From NCBI GenBank assembly GCA_947258385.1, contig CAMYII010000052.1, forward strand, positions 6,642 to 70,641: 64,000 bases of DNA, read 5' to 3'. The stretch comes from Acidiferrobacterales bacterium. Lineage in GTDB: Bacteria; Pseudomonadota; Gammaproteobacteria; Acidiferrobacterales; SZUA-150. A model generated the notes under the pieces. That model was not told the origin of the DNA, did no database searches, and saw only the letters and a program-made list of their open reading frames with translations. Below, one piece after another: positions 40,092-50,331 of this stretch (positions are counted from its first letter, which is position 1; every line of letters begins with the position of its first letter). Both the position numbers and the translations under genes were made by a program.

Positions 40092-41036
40092 ATGATCAAG
40101 CTCGGCGTTATCATGGACCCGATCGGGTCCATCCAACTCCATAAGGACAGCACCTACGCCATGCTGCTGGAGGCGCAGGCCCGCGGCTGGCAAATCCACT
40201 ACATGGAGCAAAGTGATATTTTTCTGCGCGACGGCAGCAGCCATGCACGCATGCGCAGGCTGGCCCTGTACGAGGATGAGCAACGCTGGTTCGATCTGGC
40301 TGAGGAAACCACCCAAGCCCTAAGCGTCCTAGATGCCATACTCATGCGCAAGGACCCGCCGTTCAATATGGAGTACATCTACACCACCTATCTGCTCGAG
40401 CTCGCGGAAGCGCAAAACGTGCTGGTAATCAATAAACCGCAGAGCCTGCGTGATGCCAACGAAAAGTTGTTCGCCGCCTGGTTCCCGCAGTGCATTCCGC
40501 CCACCCTGGTCAGCAGCCAGGCGCGGCATCTGCGTGCGTTCCTCGATGAGCATGGGGACATCGTGCTGAAACCGCTGGACAGCATGGGGGGCGCTTCCGT
40601 TTTCCGCGCGAGCCATCAGGACCCCAATGTCGCGGTGATCATAGAGACCCTGACCCGCAACGGCAGCCGCTCCATCATGGCGCAGCGCTTTGTCCCGGAA
40701 ATCAGCCATGGCGATAAGCGAATTCTCATGGTCGACGGGGAGCCGGTCCCGTATGCCTTGGCGCGCATACCGGCCACAGGGGAGTTTCGCGGGAATCTTG
40801 CGGCCGGGGCCAGCGGCGAGGGCATACCGCTCAGCGAGCGCGACCGCTGGATCTGCTCACAAGTCGGTCCGACGCTGCGCAAGAAAGGCTTGCTGTTCGT
40901 TGGCCTCGATGTGATCGGGGACTACCTCACCGAGGTCAATGTGACCAGCCCCACCTGCATTCGCGAGCTGGATAAGCTCTACGCTCTGAATATCAGCGCC
41001 GGCTTGCTGGACGTCGTGGAACGCAAACTGCAGTGA
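40092..41036 (+). CDS. gshB: Glutathione synthetase
   Basis: MDPI...KDST, MRKDPPF, RGNLAAG, TEVNVTSPT. Confidence 0.97.
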   Translation: MIKLGVIMDPIGSIQLHKDSTYAMLLEAQARGWQIHYMEQSDIFLRDGSSHARMRRLALYEDEQRWFDLAEETTQALSVLDAILMRKDPPFNMEYIYTTYLLELAEAQNVLVINKPQSLRDANEKLFAAWFPQCIPPTLVSSQARHLRAFLDEHGDIVLKPLDSMGGASVFRASHQDPNVAVIIETLTRNGSRSIMAQRFVPEISHGDKRILMVDGEPVPYALARIPATGEFRGNLAAGASGEGIPLSERDRWICSQVGPTLRKKGLLFVGLDVIGDYLTEVNVTSPTCIRELDKLYALNISAGLLDVVERKLQ

Positions 41037-42049
41037 GGCATCGCAAGACCTGGCTCGTGGGCGTTTGTCTTTTTGCGCTCGGCGGTTGCTCAGATGGGAC
41101 GGTGCAGCGGCAGGTCTGTGGGCCCTTCGACACCTGCGTCAAGGTCCAGATCATCGGCTATGACACCGCGAGCGCGCGCCGGGGGCTGGACACCCTGTTC
41201 GCCGATCTCAATAGGCTCGATGCCATCATCCAGCCCGGGCGTTCCAAGGGACTGCGGCGGATGAACGCGCTGCTGCAAACCCAGGAGTGGGCCTCGATCA
41301 ACCCCTCGCTGTATAAGCTGGTGAGAGACTCTATGGGCTTTTACCAGGCCAGCGAAGGCCTTTACAACCCCGCGATCATGGGCGCCCTGCTGGAACTGTG
41401 GGGTTTTGACCGTACGCCGCTGCCCAAGCAACCGCCCGCGCCGCAGGAGATCGAGGCAATCCTGCGGGCGCGTCCGCGTATGTCGGATCTGTCTTTGGAC
41501 GGCATCAGGATCCGAAGCAACAACGCCTTGGTCAAGATCGACTTCGGCATGCTGACCCACGGCCACGCGGTAGACATCGCCATCGCGTATCTGCAATCGT
41601 TGGGCATCCGCCAGGCGAGGGTGCAAATTGGCAACACCGCGCGCGTGCTGGGCCAAGACAGACACGGGCACTGGCAGCTCACGGTGCCGCGCCTGCTACC
41701 GGGCAACGGCGCGCTGACCCTTTATCTGCAAGACGGCGAGGCGGCCTGCAGTCTGCGGGCTGAGGACCGGGGTCAACGCTATCACAAGCTGCTGCACCCT
41801 GAGACCGGCAGGCCGGCGACAGCGAGCCGGGCGGTGGCCGTCATCCACGGCAGCGCCACCGAGGCAAGCGCAGCCTGTCACGCCCTGTTTGCCGCCGGCC
41901 CCGCATCCTGGCGGCGTATCGGCAGCCAAATGCGCATCAAAGACGCACTGCTGACGGCTGCCGACGGGACCGTCCACGCCCACGCGGCGCTGACAAACCG
42001 GCTGGTGGCGCCCTTGCCCGATGCTACCCAGGTGCAATGGGCACCCTGA
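41033..42049 (+). CDS. apbE: ApbE-family FAD:protein FMN transferase-like lipoprotein (divergent)
   Basis: Lipobox LGGC, S.G.YNP..G.L..LWGF, IDFG...GHAVD, RYH..LHP.TG.P; several canonical motifs are altered. Confidence 0.7.
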   Translation: MRHRKTWLVGVCLFALGGCSDGTVQRQVCGPFDTCVKVQIIGYDTASARRGLDTLFADLNRLDAIIQPGRSKGLRRMNALLQTQEWASINPSLYKLVRDSMGFYQASEGLYNPAIMGALLELWGFDRTPLPKQPPAPQEIEAILRARPRMSDLSLDGIRIRSNNALVKIDFGMLTHGHAVDIAIAYLQSLGIRQARVQIGNTARVLGQDRHGHWQLTVPRLLPGNGALTLYLQDGEAACSLRAEDRGQRYHKLLHPETGRPATASRAVAVIHGSATEASAACHALFAAGPASWRRIGSQMRIKDALLTAADGTVHAHAALTNRLVAPLPDATQVQWAP

Positions 42050-42195
42050 TGCTGCGCCCCCCGTCCTCCAACACCCCGCACCCTGGCACGACAAACACTA
42101 CAAGTCTTTACAGAGACGTTATAATTGTCATTAACCTGCCGTGACTTAACGATATGCAATTGCGGGATCTTTTAGTAGCAACGGATTAGTTCGCC

Positions 42196-43092
42196 ATGTC
42201 CACGGTGACAACAGATATACCTGGATTTACCCATAGCGACCGCCTGGGATTGAGCGTTTTCAGCTCGTTTCTCCTGCATATGGTCATCATCCTGGGTATC
42301 ACCTTCGCCTTCCCCAAGTTACGAGCCCTGGAGGGTCTGCCAAACCTGGAGATTACGCTCGTACAGACGCAGACCGAACAGGCGCCGGACAAGGCCGACT
42401 ATCTGGCCCAAGCGAACCAGGATGGCGGCGGTAACAGCGAAACCCCGGATATCGTTCGCAAGCCGCTGCCGGTACAGGAAATCAGCGATATGGACAATCC
42501 GCTCCCGGTGCACCAACCGACCCCACAAACCCCGGCACGGAGCGAACAGGAAATCATGGACCTGCTGGCGCTGGACCAAGCGGAAAGACAGATCAGATCG
42601 CTCGACCCGCAGCCCGAACAGCGGGACCCGGCCCTCGCGGCCCTCAGCCCCGGTCTGCTCAACACGGCGGACATCGAGTTTGAGCGGGCGCAGTTGAACG
42701 CCGAGATGGACCGCCGTTGGCAGGAATTTCAACAACGGCCCAAACGCAAGTACGTCAACGCCCGCACCCGCGAATACAAGTACGCCGCCTACCACGAGGC
42801 CTGGCGCGCGAAGGTGGAACGGGTCGGGCAGCTCAATTATCCGGAAGAGGCCCTGCGGCGGGGCCTTTCCGGACGACTCCTGCTCGATGTGGCGATCAAC
42901 ACCGACGGCAGCGTCAACTCAGTCACAATCCGCCAGTCATCCGGGCACAAACTGCTCGACGATGCGGCCGTGCGCATCGTCGCCCTGGCGGCGCCTTTCG
43001 CGCCGTTCCCTCCCGATATCCGCGCCGAGACCGATATCATGCACATCACACGCTACTGGCTGCTTAACAAAAACGGCTGGACCAGCGATTAA
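42196..43092 (+). CDS. tonB: TonB-family energy transducer
   Basis: N-terminal TM with His, AQANQ.GGG, C-terminal TonB domain (W..KVE.VG..NYP..SSG...LDDAA..AAPF.PF). Confidence 0.88.
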   Translation: MSTVTTDIPGFTHSDRLGLSVFSSFLLHMVIILGITFAFPKLRALEGLPNLEITLVQTQTEQAPDKADYLAQANQDGGGNSETPDIVRKPLPVQEISDMDNPLPVHQPTPQTPARSEQEIMDLLALDQAERQIRSLDPQPEQRDPALAALSPGLLNTADIEFERAQLNAEMDRRWQEFQQRPKRKYVNARTREYKYAAYHEAWRAKVERVGQLNYPEEALRRGLSGRLLLDVAINTDGSVNSVTIRQSSGHKLLDDAAVRIVALAAPFAPFPPDIRAETDIMHITRYWLLNKNGWTSD

Positions 43093-43180
43093 CCGGCACA
43101 TCAACGTGGGTTAAGAGGCCTCAGCAACTAATTGTTGGGACACCTTGCAACCGGCAGGACGCTGCCTGATACTATTTCCT

Positions 43181-43744
43181 ATGAACAGCGCACTGTCATT
43201 GAGCAATCATTTTCTGATCGCCATGCCCAACCTTGCGGACCCCAATTTCTCCCGCACCGTGACGCTGATTTGTGAACACAGCAGTGAAGGTGCCATGGGC
43301 ATCACTATCAATCGTCTGCTCAGCCTGACCTTGGGCGACATCCTGGCGCAGCTCAATATTAATACCGAACATGCGGCCAACCTGGACATGCCAATCTACC
43401 AGGGCGGTCCGGTACAGAACAATCGCGGCTTCGTCCTGCACGAGCCGCTGGGTAATTGGGAGTCAACTCTTTCGATTACCGAGACCCTGGGTGTATCGAC
43501 TTCGCTCGATATCCTGGCGGCCACGGCCGAGAACCACGGTCCGGCAAGCTGTCTCGTCACACTGGGTTATGCCGGTTGGGCCCCCGGGCAGCTCGAGGAG
43601 GAAATTGCCGCCAACGCCTGGCTTAACGGACCGGCGGACAGCGACATTATCTTTCACACCCCCATCGATCAACGCTGGCAAGCGGCTGTGCAACGCCTAG
43701 GCGTCGACCTCGCCACCCTCTCCACCGATACGGGGCATGCTTGA
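43181..43744 (+). CDS. yqgE: YqgE/AlgH family protein
   Basis: HFLIAMP...DPNF, GGPV...GFVLH, LGYAGW..GQLE.E...N.WL. Confidence 0.95.
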   Translation: MNSALSLSNHFLIAMPNLADPNFSRTVTLICEHSSEGAMGITINRLLSLTLGDILAQLNINTEHAANLDMPIYQGGPVQNNRGFVLHEPLGNWESTLSITETLGVSTSLDILAATAENHGPASCLVTLGYAGWAPGQLEEEIAANAWLNGPADSDIIFHTPIDQRWQAAVQRLGVDLATLSTDTGHA

Positions 43745-44175
43745 AGTCGCACACAGTGCTCGCGTTCGACTACGGTGAGAAATTCATCGGCGTTGCGGTC
43801 GGCAGCACCCAATCCGGCCTGGCACAAGCCCTGACGACCGTCAATGCGACGAAAAAAGGGCCGGATTGGGCTGAAATTACAGGCCTTATTGCCGAGTGGG
43901 AACCCGACTGGCTGGTGGTAGGGTTGCCGTTGAACATGGACGGCACGGAAAGCGAGCTTACGCGAGCCGCGCGCCGGTTTGGTGATCGGCTCAAGGGCCG
44001 GTACAATCTGCCGGTACATATGGTCGATGAAAGACTGACGACGATCGCGGCAAAAGCCATGCTCACGGATGCCGGACGCAACGGCAAACGCCAGCATAAA
44101 CCAGACATTGACAAACTGGCCGCCCAGGCCATTTTGCAGAGCTTTCTCGAGGATCGATCCCGGAGTCTGCCTTGA
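43741..44175 (+). CDS. ruvX: YqgF/RuvX pre-16S rRNA nuclease
   Basis: AFDYG...IGVAVG, VVGLPLNMDG, DERLTT, D..AA..IL. Confidence 0.93.
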   Translation: MKSHTVLAFDYGEKFIGVAVGSTQSGLAQALTTVNATKKGPDWAEITGLIAEWEPDWLVVGLPLNMDGTESELTRAARRFGDRLKGRYNLPVHMVDERLTTIAAKAMLTDAGRNGKRQHKPDIDKLAAQAILQSFLEDRSRSLP

Positions 44176-44687
44176 CTGACGAGATCGATATCCCGGCCAT
44201 ACTTCAGCGCACGGCGGAGATTCTGCGCCCGCAACTGGCTCGCAATCCCTTGATGATCGGGATCCACACCGGCGGCACCTGGATCGCCGGGTATCTGCAC
44301 CAGATGCTGGGCCTGAAAGAGCCCCTCGGCACCCTGGACATCTCTTTTTATCGCGACGACTTCACCCGCATCGGCTTCAACCCCCAGGTGAGAACCTCGA
44401 GCCTTCCGGTCAACATCGACGACCGCCATATCATTCTAGTGGACGATGTCCTGCACACCGGGCGAACCATTCGCGCCGCGATGAACGAGATCTTTGACTT
44501 CGGCCGGCCGGCCTCGATCAGACTCATTGTGCTGATTGAGCGCGATGGCCGGGAATTACCGATCCAGCCTGACGTAGCGGGAGCTTCCATGAAGCTCGAA
44601 CGCAACCAGCATGTCAAGCTGACCCGCACCGGAGAGGACGGCGGACCCGAAACGCTGCGACTGAGCATACAAGAGGTCGGCGCATGA
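44172..44687 (+). CDS. pyrR: PyrR regulator / uracil phosphoribosyltransferase
   Basis: [32 protein letters not shown]. Confidence 0.95.
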   Translation: MTDEIDIPAILQRTAEILRPQLARNPLMIGIHTGGTWIAGYLHQMLGLKEPLGTLDISFYRDDFTRIGFNPQVRTSSLPVNIDDRHIILVDDVLHTGRTIRAAMNEIFDFGRPASIRLIVLIERDGRELPIQPDVAGASMKLERNQHVKLTRTGEDGGPETLRLSIQEVGA

Positions 44688-45667
44688 ACGAGGGCGAGGG
44701 GCTGCAGCTCGACGACGAGGGGCGCCTGCGTCATTTCCTGACGATTGAGGGACTTAACCGTCAAACGCTGCTCGATATCCTCGATACCGCCGAATCCTTC
44801 ATTTCCATCGGCGAGAGGGAAATCAAGAAAGTGCCGCTATTGCGAGGCAAGACCGTCGTCAACCTGTTCTTTGAAGCCAGTACCCGCACCCGCACCACTT
44901 TTGAGATCGCCGCCAAGCGCCTGTCGGCCGATGTCATCAATTTTAATGTCGGCATCTCGGCCACCAATAAAGGTGAAACCCTGCTCGATACCATCAACAG
45001 CCTGGAGGCCATGCATACGGACCTGTTCATTGTCCGGCACAGCGACAGCGGTGCCGCTTACCTCATTGCCAGATATCTGCCGCCGCATGTGCGCATCATC
45101 AATGCCGGCGACGGCCGCCATGCCCATCCCACCCAGGCGATGCTCGATACCTTTACCATCCGCCGTTACAAGGGCGATTTCACGCAGCTGAAGGTCGCCA
45201 TTGTCGGTGACATCCTGCACTCGCGGGTCGCCCGTTCACTGATCCACGCGCTCAATATCCTGGGTGTACCCGAGATCCGCGTCATCGCCCCCAAAACCCT
45301 GCTGCCAACCGCAGTGGAAAAACTGGGTGTGCATACCTTCCACGATATGAGCCAGGGCCTGGAGGGCGTCGATGTCGTGGTCATGCTGCGCCTGCAGCGC
45401 GAACGCATGCACGGCGCACTCATCCCCAGCGCACAGGAATATTTCAATCTTTTCGGTCTTACCCGCGATAAGCTGGCGGCCGCCAAAGACGATGTCATCG
45501 TCATGCATCCCGGCCCCATGAACCGTGGGCTGGAGATCGATTCGAGCATTGCCGATGGCCCGCGCTCAGTCATCCTACCGCAGGTCACCAACGGCATTGC
45601 CGTACGCATGGCGGTCATGGCGCTGATCATGGGCGGACAAACGGCGCGGAACAGGAGACCGGTCTGA
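44684..45667 (+). CDS. pyrB: Aspartate carbamoyltransferase catalytic subunit
   Basis: [38 protein letters not shown]. Confidence 0.97.
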   Translation: MNEGEGLQLDDEGRLRHFLTIEGLNRQTLLDILDTAESFISIGEREIKKVPLLRGKTVVNLFFEASTRTRTTFEIAAKRLSADVINFNVGISATNKGETLLDTINSLEAMHTDLFIVRHSDSGAAYLIARYLPPHVRIINAGDGRHAHPTQAMLDTFTIRRYKGDFTQLKVAIVGDILHSRVARSLIHALNILGVPEIRVIAPKTLLPTAVEKLGVHTFHDMSQGLEGVDVVVMLRLQRERMHGALIPSAQEYFNLFGLTRDKLAAAKDDVIVMHPGPMNRGLEIDSSIADGPRSVILPQVTNGIAVRMAVMALIMGGQTARNRRPV

Positions 45668-46953
45668 TGGGCATGGTAATCACGGGCGGCCACCTGATTG
45701 ATCCGGCTCACAAGGTCAACGCCGTCACAGATCTTTATCTCGACAAAAAGGGATTTGTCGTCGGCGTGGGCGCGCCGCCTGAGGGATTCAAGGCGACGCG
45801 GACGCTCGATGCCAGCGGTAAAATCGTCTGTCCCGGACTCGTGGACCTGCGCTGCCGACCGCGGGAACCGGGGCTGGAGTACAAGGCCACCATAGAAAGC
45901 GAGGCACGCGCGGCCGTCTCTGCCGGGATCACCACCCTGTGCTGCCCGCCGGACACCGATCCGGTGATCGATACCCCGGCCATGGCACAGCTCATTCAGC
46001 AGCGGGCCTGGCGCTTTGGCATGGCGTTCATACACCCGCTCGGCGCGTTGACACGCGGGCTCAAAGGCAAACATCTTGCGGACATGGAAGCACTGGATGA
46101 GGCCGGCTGCGTCGGCTTCACCAATGCGCTTGAGCCCATTACGGATACTTTGGTCATGCGCCGGGCGCTGGAGTACGCCGCGAGCTTCGATCTCACCGTT
46201 TTTCTGCACCCCTCGGACCCCTGGCTGACCGGAGACGGCTGCGCGCACGAAGGCGAAGTGAGTACTCGCTTGGGGTTGCCTGGCATCCCCGAGGCGGCGG
46301 AGACAGTCGTGCTGGCGCGCGACCTTGCGCTGATTGAGCAAACCGGCGTGCGCGCCCATTTCTGCCAGCTCTCGAGCGCCAGGGCGATGACCATGGTCAT
46401 GGAGGCCCAGGCACGTGGCTTACGTGTGAGTACCGATGTGACGGCTCACCACCTGCATTTAACCGAGCACGATATCGGATTCTTCAACACCCAGTGCCAC
46501 GTGGTGCCGCCGTTGCGCAGTCACCGCGATCTTGAGGCACTGCGCCAGGCCGTTAAAGAAGGGGTGGTCGCCGCGATCTGTTCGGACCACCAACCGCATG
46601 AATCCGACGCCAAGCTTGCGCCCTTCAGCGCCTCGGAACCCGGCATTTCAGGCCTGGAGACCCTGTTGCCGTTGACGCTCAAACTCGTTGACAACCGGCT
46701 GCTCTCCCTGCCGGAGGCCATCTCACTGCTCACCGCCCAACCGGCGGCGATCATCGGTGTGGACAGCGGTCATCTCGGCATTGGCGCGACGGCCGATGTC
46801 TGCCTGTTCGACCCTGATGCGCACTGGACGCTGACGGAAGACAAACTGGCGAGCCGTGGTCACAATACGCCTTTCTTGGGCTGGGAGTTCCATGGCCGCG
46901 TGACCCACACCCTAGTGGGCGGCAAGCTCGTCTTCGAGCTCGTTCAGACATGA
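45667..46953 (+). CDS. pyrC: Dihydroorotase-like protein (PyrC', probably inactive ATCase partner)
   Basis: DHOase fold motifs (REPG, PPLR, SDHQPH, GHNTPF); the HxH metal site reads DLRCR. Confidence 0.9.
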   Translation: MGMVITGGHLIDPAHKVNAVTDLYLDKKGFVVGVGAPPEGFKATRTLDASGKIVCPGLVDLRCRPREPGLEYKATIESEARAAVSAGITTLCCPPDTDPVIDTPAMAQLIQQRAWRFGMAFIHPLGALTRGLKGKHLADMEALDEAGCVGFTNALEPITDTLVMRRALEYAASFDLTVFLHPSDPWLTGDGCAHEGEVSTRLGLPGIPEAAETVVLARDLALIEQTGVRAHFCQLSSARAMTMVMEAQARGLRVSTDVTAHHLHLTEHDIGFFNTQCHVVPPLRSHRDLEALRQAVKEGVVAAICSDHQPHESDAKLAPFSASEPGISGLETLLPLTLKLVDNRLLSLPEAISLLTAQPAAIIGVDSGHLGIGATADVCLFDPDAHWTLTEDKLASRGHNTPFLGWEFHGRVTHTLVGGKLVFELVQT

Positions 46954-47088
46954 TCACATCGCCCGCGAATGCCAGCACGTGAATTCCCCTCTGCTTGGTT
47001 TGATGCGCTGCGCGGAAGTTTACGGGGCCAGGGGAGGCGATCCTGCTGCAAGGCATCCCCGCCGTACACGCCCCAGAGCTGCTCTGGT

Positions 47089-47676
47089 TCAGTTCCTGGA
47101 CGGCGCAGCGTAGATTTTCGGAATGGGAAAGGTCCTCACTTGCCCAACAAGAAGTGCGAGATAATAGAGGTCGTCAGCTTTCAAGCCTCGGCCAACCCAC
47201 ACGCGGTTGGCCACTTCTGAATTCACACCGTTTAAGCAGATACCTTGCCGTTCATCGATACTGACATCTACGATCTCACGCAATGGCACTTTACGAACCT
47301 TGCCTTGCACACCGTGCGGTCGCACGGGCGTCATGGTAAGCGTCACCGGGGTCATATCGATTTTGATTTTTGCCCCTCGAACCTGGAATATTTTGACCAA
47401 TAGATACACGGTATGGACCGCAACAAGCGTGGCTAAGCCGACCACTAAGAGCACGCGTGCGGCTGGACCAGCAATCGGCAACCACGACGCCACTACAGTG
47501 GCGGCGACGAGCAGCAGCAGCCCTGCCGAGAGCGAGCTCCAGTACACCCAGCCACGACGATAAGGCATCACAACTTCGTACCCGGTACTGCGTTTCCACA
47601 CACCCAGCTCTGTTGCCGCCGGCAGATGGGGAGGCAAAACGGTGTTCTGCAAGTCCTCAATTTTCAGCTGCTGCAT
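47089..47676 (-). CDS. Hypothetical membrane protein (2 TM)
   Basis: Two hydrophobic helices followed by a beta-rich domain. Likely start is ATG 47676, because the longer ORF runs through the pilU terminator. Confidence 0.55.
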   Translation of the reverse strand: MQQLKIEDLQNTVLPPHLPAATELGVWKRSTGYEVVMPYRRGWVYWSSLSAGLLLLVAATVVASWLPIAGPAARVLLVVGLATLVAVHTVYLLVKIFQVRGAKIKIDMTPVTLTMTPVRPHGVQGKVRKVPLREIVDVSIDERQGICLNGVNSEVANRVWVGRGLKADDLYYLALLVGQVRTFPIPKIYAAPSRN

Positions 47677-47887
47677 AGGCACAGATAATGTTCGTATGTA
47701 TGTTTCGCGACCGTTGACACCAACGTGCAACGAGCACTCTTTAACAGATGTCTCGGGGGGCCGCAAGTCCGGTCCGGCCCAAGTCCCGGCCTGATCCGAC
47801 CTGCGGGTCGGCCGAGACAAAAAAATCCGCCTCACGACAGGCATCATAACAGCACTTTCTGCCGACAAGGCGTCCAGGTTCATAAAC

Positions 47888-47909
47888 AAAAGCCCCCGGC
47901 CGGGGGCTT
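47888..47909 (-). terminator. Intrinsic terminator after pilU
   Basis: AAGCCCCCGGCCGGGGGCTT palindrome followed by a T-rich tail on the minus strand. Confidence 0.75.
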
Positions 47910-47931
47910 GCCGACACCATGATTAACATCA

Positions 47932-49047
47932 TCAGGTATAGGTCACATTCTGCATCGAGTCGCCCAGGGCGCCTTTCTTCGCACCCTTGCTTTCCAGCTT
48001 GATGCGCAGGCGCAGATCGTTGATGGAGTCCGCGTTACGCAAGGCCTCCTCATAGGAAACGAGACCCGCCTCGTAGAGATTGAACAGCGACTGATCGAAG
48101 GTCTGCATGCCGGCCTCGGTGGACTTGGCCATGAGATCCTTCAATTCATGAACATTGCCTTCGAGAATAAGATCGGCGATCAAGGGCGAGTTGATCATCA
48201 CCTCCACCGCCGGGATACGGCCCTTGCCCGTTTTTATCGGAATCAGGCGCTGGGCGATCACCGCCTTCAAGTTGAGCGACATATCCATCAGCAACTGGTT
48301 GCGCCGGTCCTCGGGAAAGAAGTTGATGATACGGTCCATGGCCTGATTGGAGCTGTTGGCATGCAGCGTCGCCAGGCACAGGTGGCCGGTCTCCGCAAAC
48401 TGGATGGCATACTCCATGGTCTCACGGCTGCGGATCTCGCCGATCAGGATCACGTCCGGCGCCTGCCGCAAGGTATTTTTCAGCGCCGCATCAAACGATT
48501 CGGTGTCCACGCCCACTTCCCGCTGCGTGATAATACAGTTTTTGTGCTGATGAACGTACTCAATAGGATCCTCTATCGTAATGACATGCCCATAACTGTA
48601 TTCATTACGATAGCCGATCATCGCCGCCAGCGACGTGGACTTGCCCGAACCCGTCCCGCCGACAAAGATCACCATGCCACGCTTGGTCAACGCGATGTCT
48701 GCAAGCGTCTTGGGCAGGTTCAATTCGTCAAAACGGGGGATCTCGGTTTCAATGGTGCGCAAGACCATGCCCACGCGCTGCTGCTGCATGAAAATATTGA
48801 CACGGAAACGACCGATTTCTTGCGGCGCGATGGCGAAGTTGCATTCATTGCTGGCTTCAAACTGGCGCCGCTGTTCCTCATTCATGATCCCGTAGGACAT
48901 CGCCCGGGCCTGCTCCGGTGTCAGCGGCTGCTTGGTGACCGGCGTTACCTTGCCGTCGACCTTGATCGAAGGCGGCACACCGGCGGTGATGAACAGGTCC
49001 GACGCCTTCTTCTGTTTCATCAGCTTCAGAAGGTCACTGAAAACCAT
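47932..49047 (-). CDS. pilU: Type IV pilus retraction ATPase PilU
   Basis: ASDLFIT, GGTGSGKST, TIEDPIE, LRQAPDVILIGE, ETGHLC.ATLHAN. Confidence 0.95.
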   Translation of the reverse strand: MVFSDLLKLMKQKKASDLFITAGVPPSIKVDGKVTPVTKQPLTPEQARAMSYGIMNEEQRRQFEASNECNFAIAPQEIGRFRVNIFMQQQRVGMVLRTIETEIPRFDELNLPKTLADIALTKRGMVIFVGGTGSGKSTSLAAMIGYRNEYSYGHVITIEDPIEYVHQHKNCIITQREVGVDTESFDAALKNTLRQAPDVILIGEIRSRETMEYAIQFAETGHLCLATLHANSSNQAMDRIINFFPEDRRNQLLMDMSLNLKAVIAQRLIPIKTGKGRIPAVEVMINSPLIADLILEGNVHELKDLMAKSTEAGMQTFDQSLFNLYEAGLVSYEEALRNADSINDLRLRIKLESKGAKKGALGDSMQNVTYT

Positions 49048-50130
49048 TTACTTCTTTCCTCCAAACGAGGCGGCGGCTCCCGCCGCGCCGCTCGCCCCGA
49101 AGCTCTCCTTGTTCGCGGCCTTGGTCCGCGCTTCGTCCATGGTCACTTGATGGGCTTGTACCAGTTCCAGCAGGTTCTGATCCAGGGTCTGCATCCCATG
49201 GCCCTGGCCGGTCTGGATCGCGGAGTACATCTGCGCGATCTTGTTTTCCCGGATCAGATTGCGAATGGCCGCTGTGCCGATCATGATCTCGTGCGCCGCC
49301 AGGCGCCCGCCGCCGATTTTCTTGAGCAGCGTCTGTGCGATTACGGCGCGCAGCGACTCCGACAGCATGGCCCTGACCATGTCTTTCTCCGCGGCCGGGA
49401 ACACATCAACAATACGGTCTATGGTCTTGGCGGCGGAGCTGGTATGCAGGGTACCGAAGACCAGATGACCGGTCTCGGCCGCGGTCAGGGCCAGGCGAAT
49501 CGTCTCGAGGTCACGCATCTCGCCGACCAGAATAATGTCAGGGTCCTCGCGCAGGGCGGAACGCAGCGCCTCATTGAAACCCAGGGTATCCTTTCCGACC
49601 TCACGCTGGTTCACCAGGCAATTCTTGCTACTGTGCACAAACTCGATGGGGTCCTCAACGGTCAGGATATGCTCATGGCGGGTCTCATTAACATGATTCA
49701 CCATCGCCGCCAGGGTCGTCGACTTACCGGAACCGGTAGGCCCCGTCACCAGCACAATGCCCCGGGGCTGGTCGGAGATCTTTTTGAAAATTTCCGGCGC
49801 ATTGAGTTGTTCCAGAGTGAGAATCTTGGATGGAATGGTTCTGAAAACCGCGGCCGGCCCACGATTCTGATTAAACGCGTTGACACGGAAACGGGCGATA
49901 TTGGGCAGCTCAAAGGAAAAGTCGCACTCGAGGAACTCCTCGTAGTCCTTCTGCTGCTTGTCGTTCATGATATCGTAGACCATGTTATGCACGATGCGGT
50001 CATCCAGCGGGTCGACATTGATGCGCTTGACCTCGCCGTCGACGCGAATCATGGGCGGCAAACCGGCTGATAAATGCAGATCTGAAGCGTTTTGTTTATA
50101 GGCAAACGCCAGTAACTCAGCGATATCCAT
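49048..50130 (-). CDS. pilT: Type IV pilus retraction ATPase PilT
   Basis: MDIAELL, ASDLHLS, GPTGSGKST, LREDPD, AIRNLIRE. Confidence 0.97.
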   Translation of the reverse strand: MDIAELLAFAYKQNASDLHLSAGLPPMIRVDGEVKRINVDPLDDRIVHNMVYDIMNDKQQKDYEEFLECDFSFELPNIARFRVNAFNQNRGPAAVFRTIPSKILTLEQLNAPEIFKKISDQPRGIVLVTGPTGSGKSTTLAAMVNHVNETRHEHILTVEDPIEFVHSSKNCLVNQREVGKDTLGFNEALRSALREDPDIILVGEMRDLETIRLALTAAETGHLVFGTLHTSSAAKTIDRIVDVFPAAEKDMVRAMLSESLRAVIAQTLLKKIGGGRLAAHEIMIGTAAIRNLIRENKIAQMYSAIQTGQGHGMQTLDQNLLELVQAHQVTMDEARTKAANKESFGASGAAGAAASFGGKK

Positions 50131-50258
50131 GGTGGCTCCGGATAACTTACAATACCGACAATATTTTTGCTGGGCGGCTTTTTCTAGTATAACTGGCCGC
50201 AACGGACAAACAAGGGAACGCCAGCAGGCCAAACCCCTACAGACTGGACAACAACCCG

Positions 50259-50291
50259 ATCGCTGTCAGCGCGATTTTCGCCGCCCGCGAC
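50259..50291 (+). pseudogene. Possible 3' remnant of yggS
   Basis: Translates IAVSAIFAARD, resembling the YggS C-terminus (VRIGTAIFGAR), at the position where yggS normally lies. Confidence 0.3.
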
Positions 50292-50331
50292 GGCTTTCAC
50301 CAACGAGAACACGATTGCGCATGCGAGGCCT

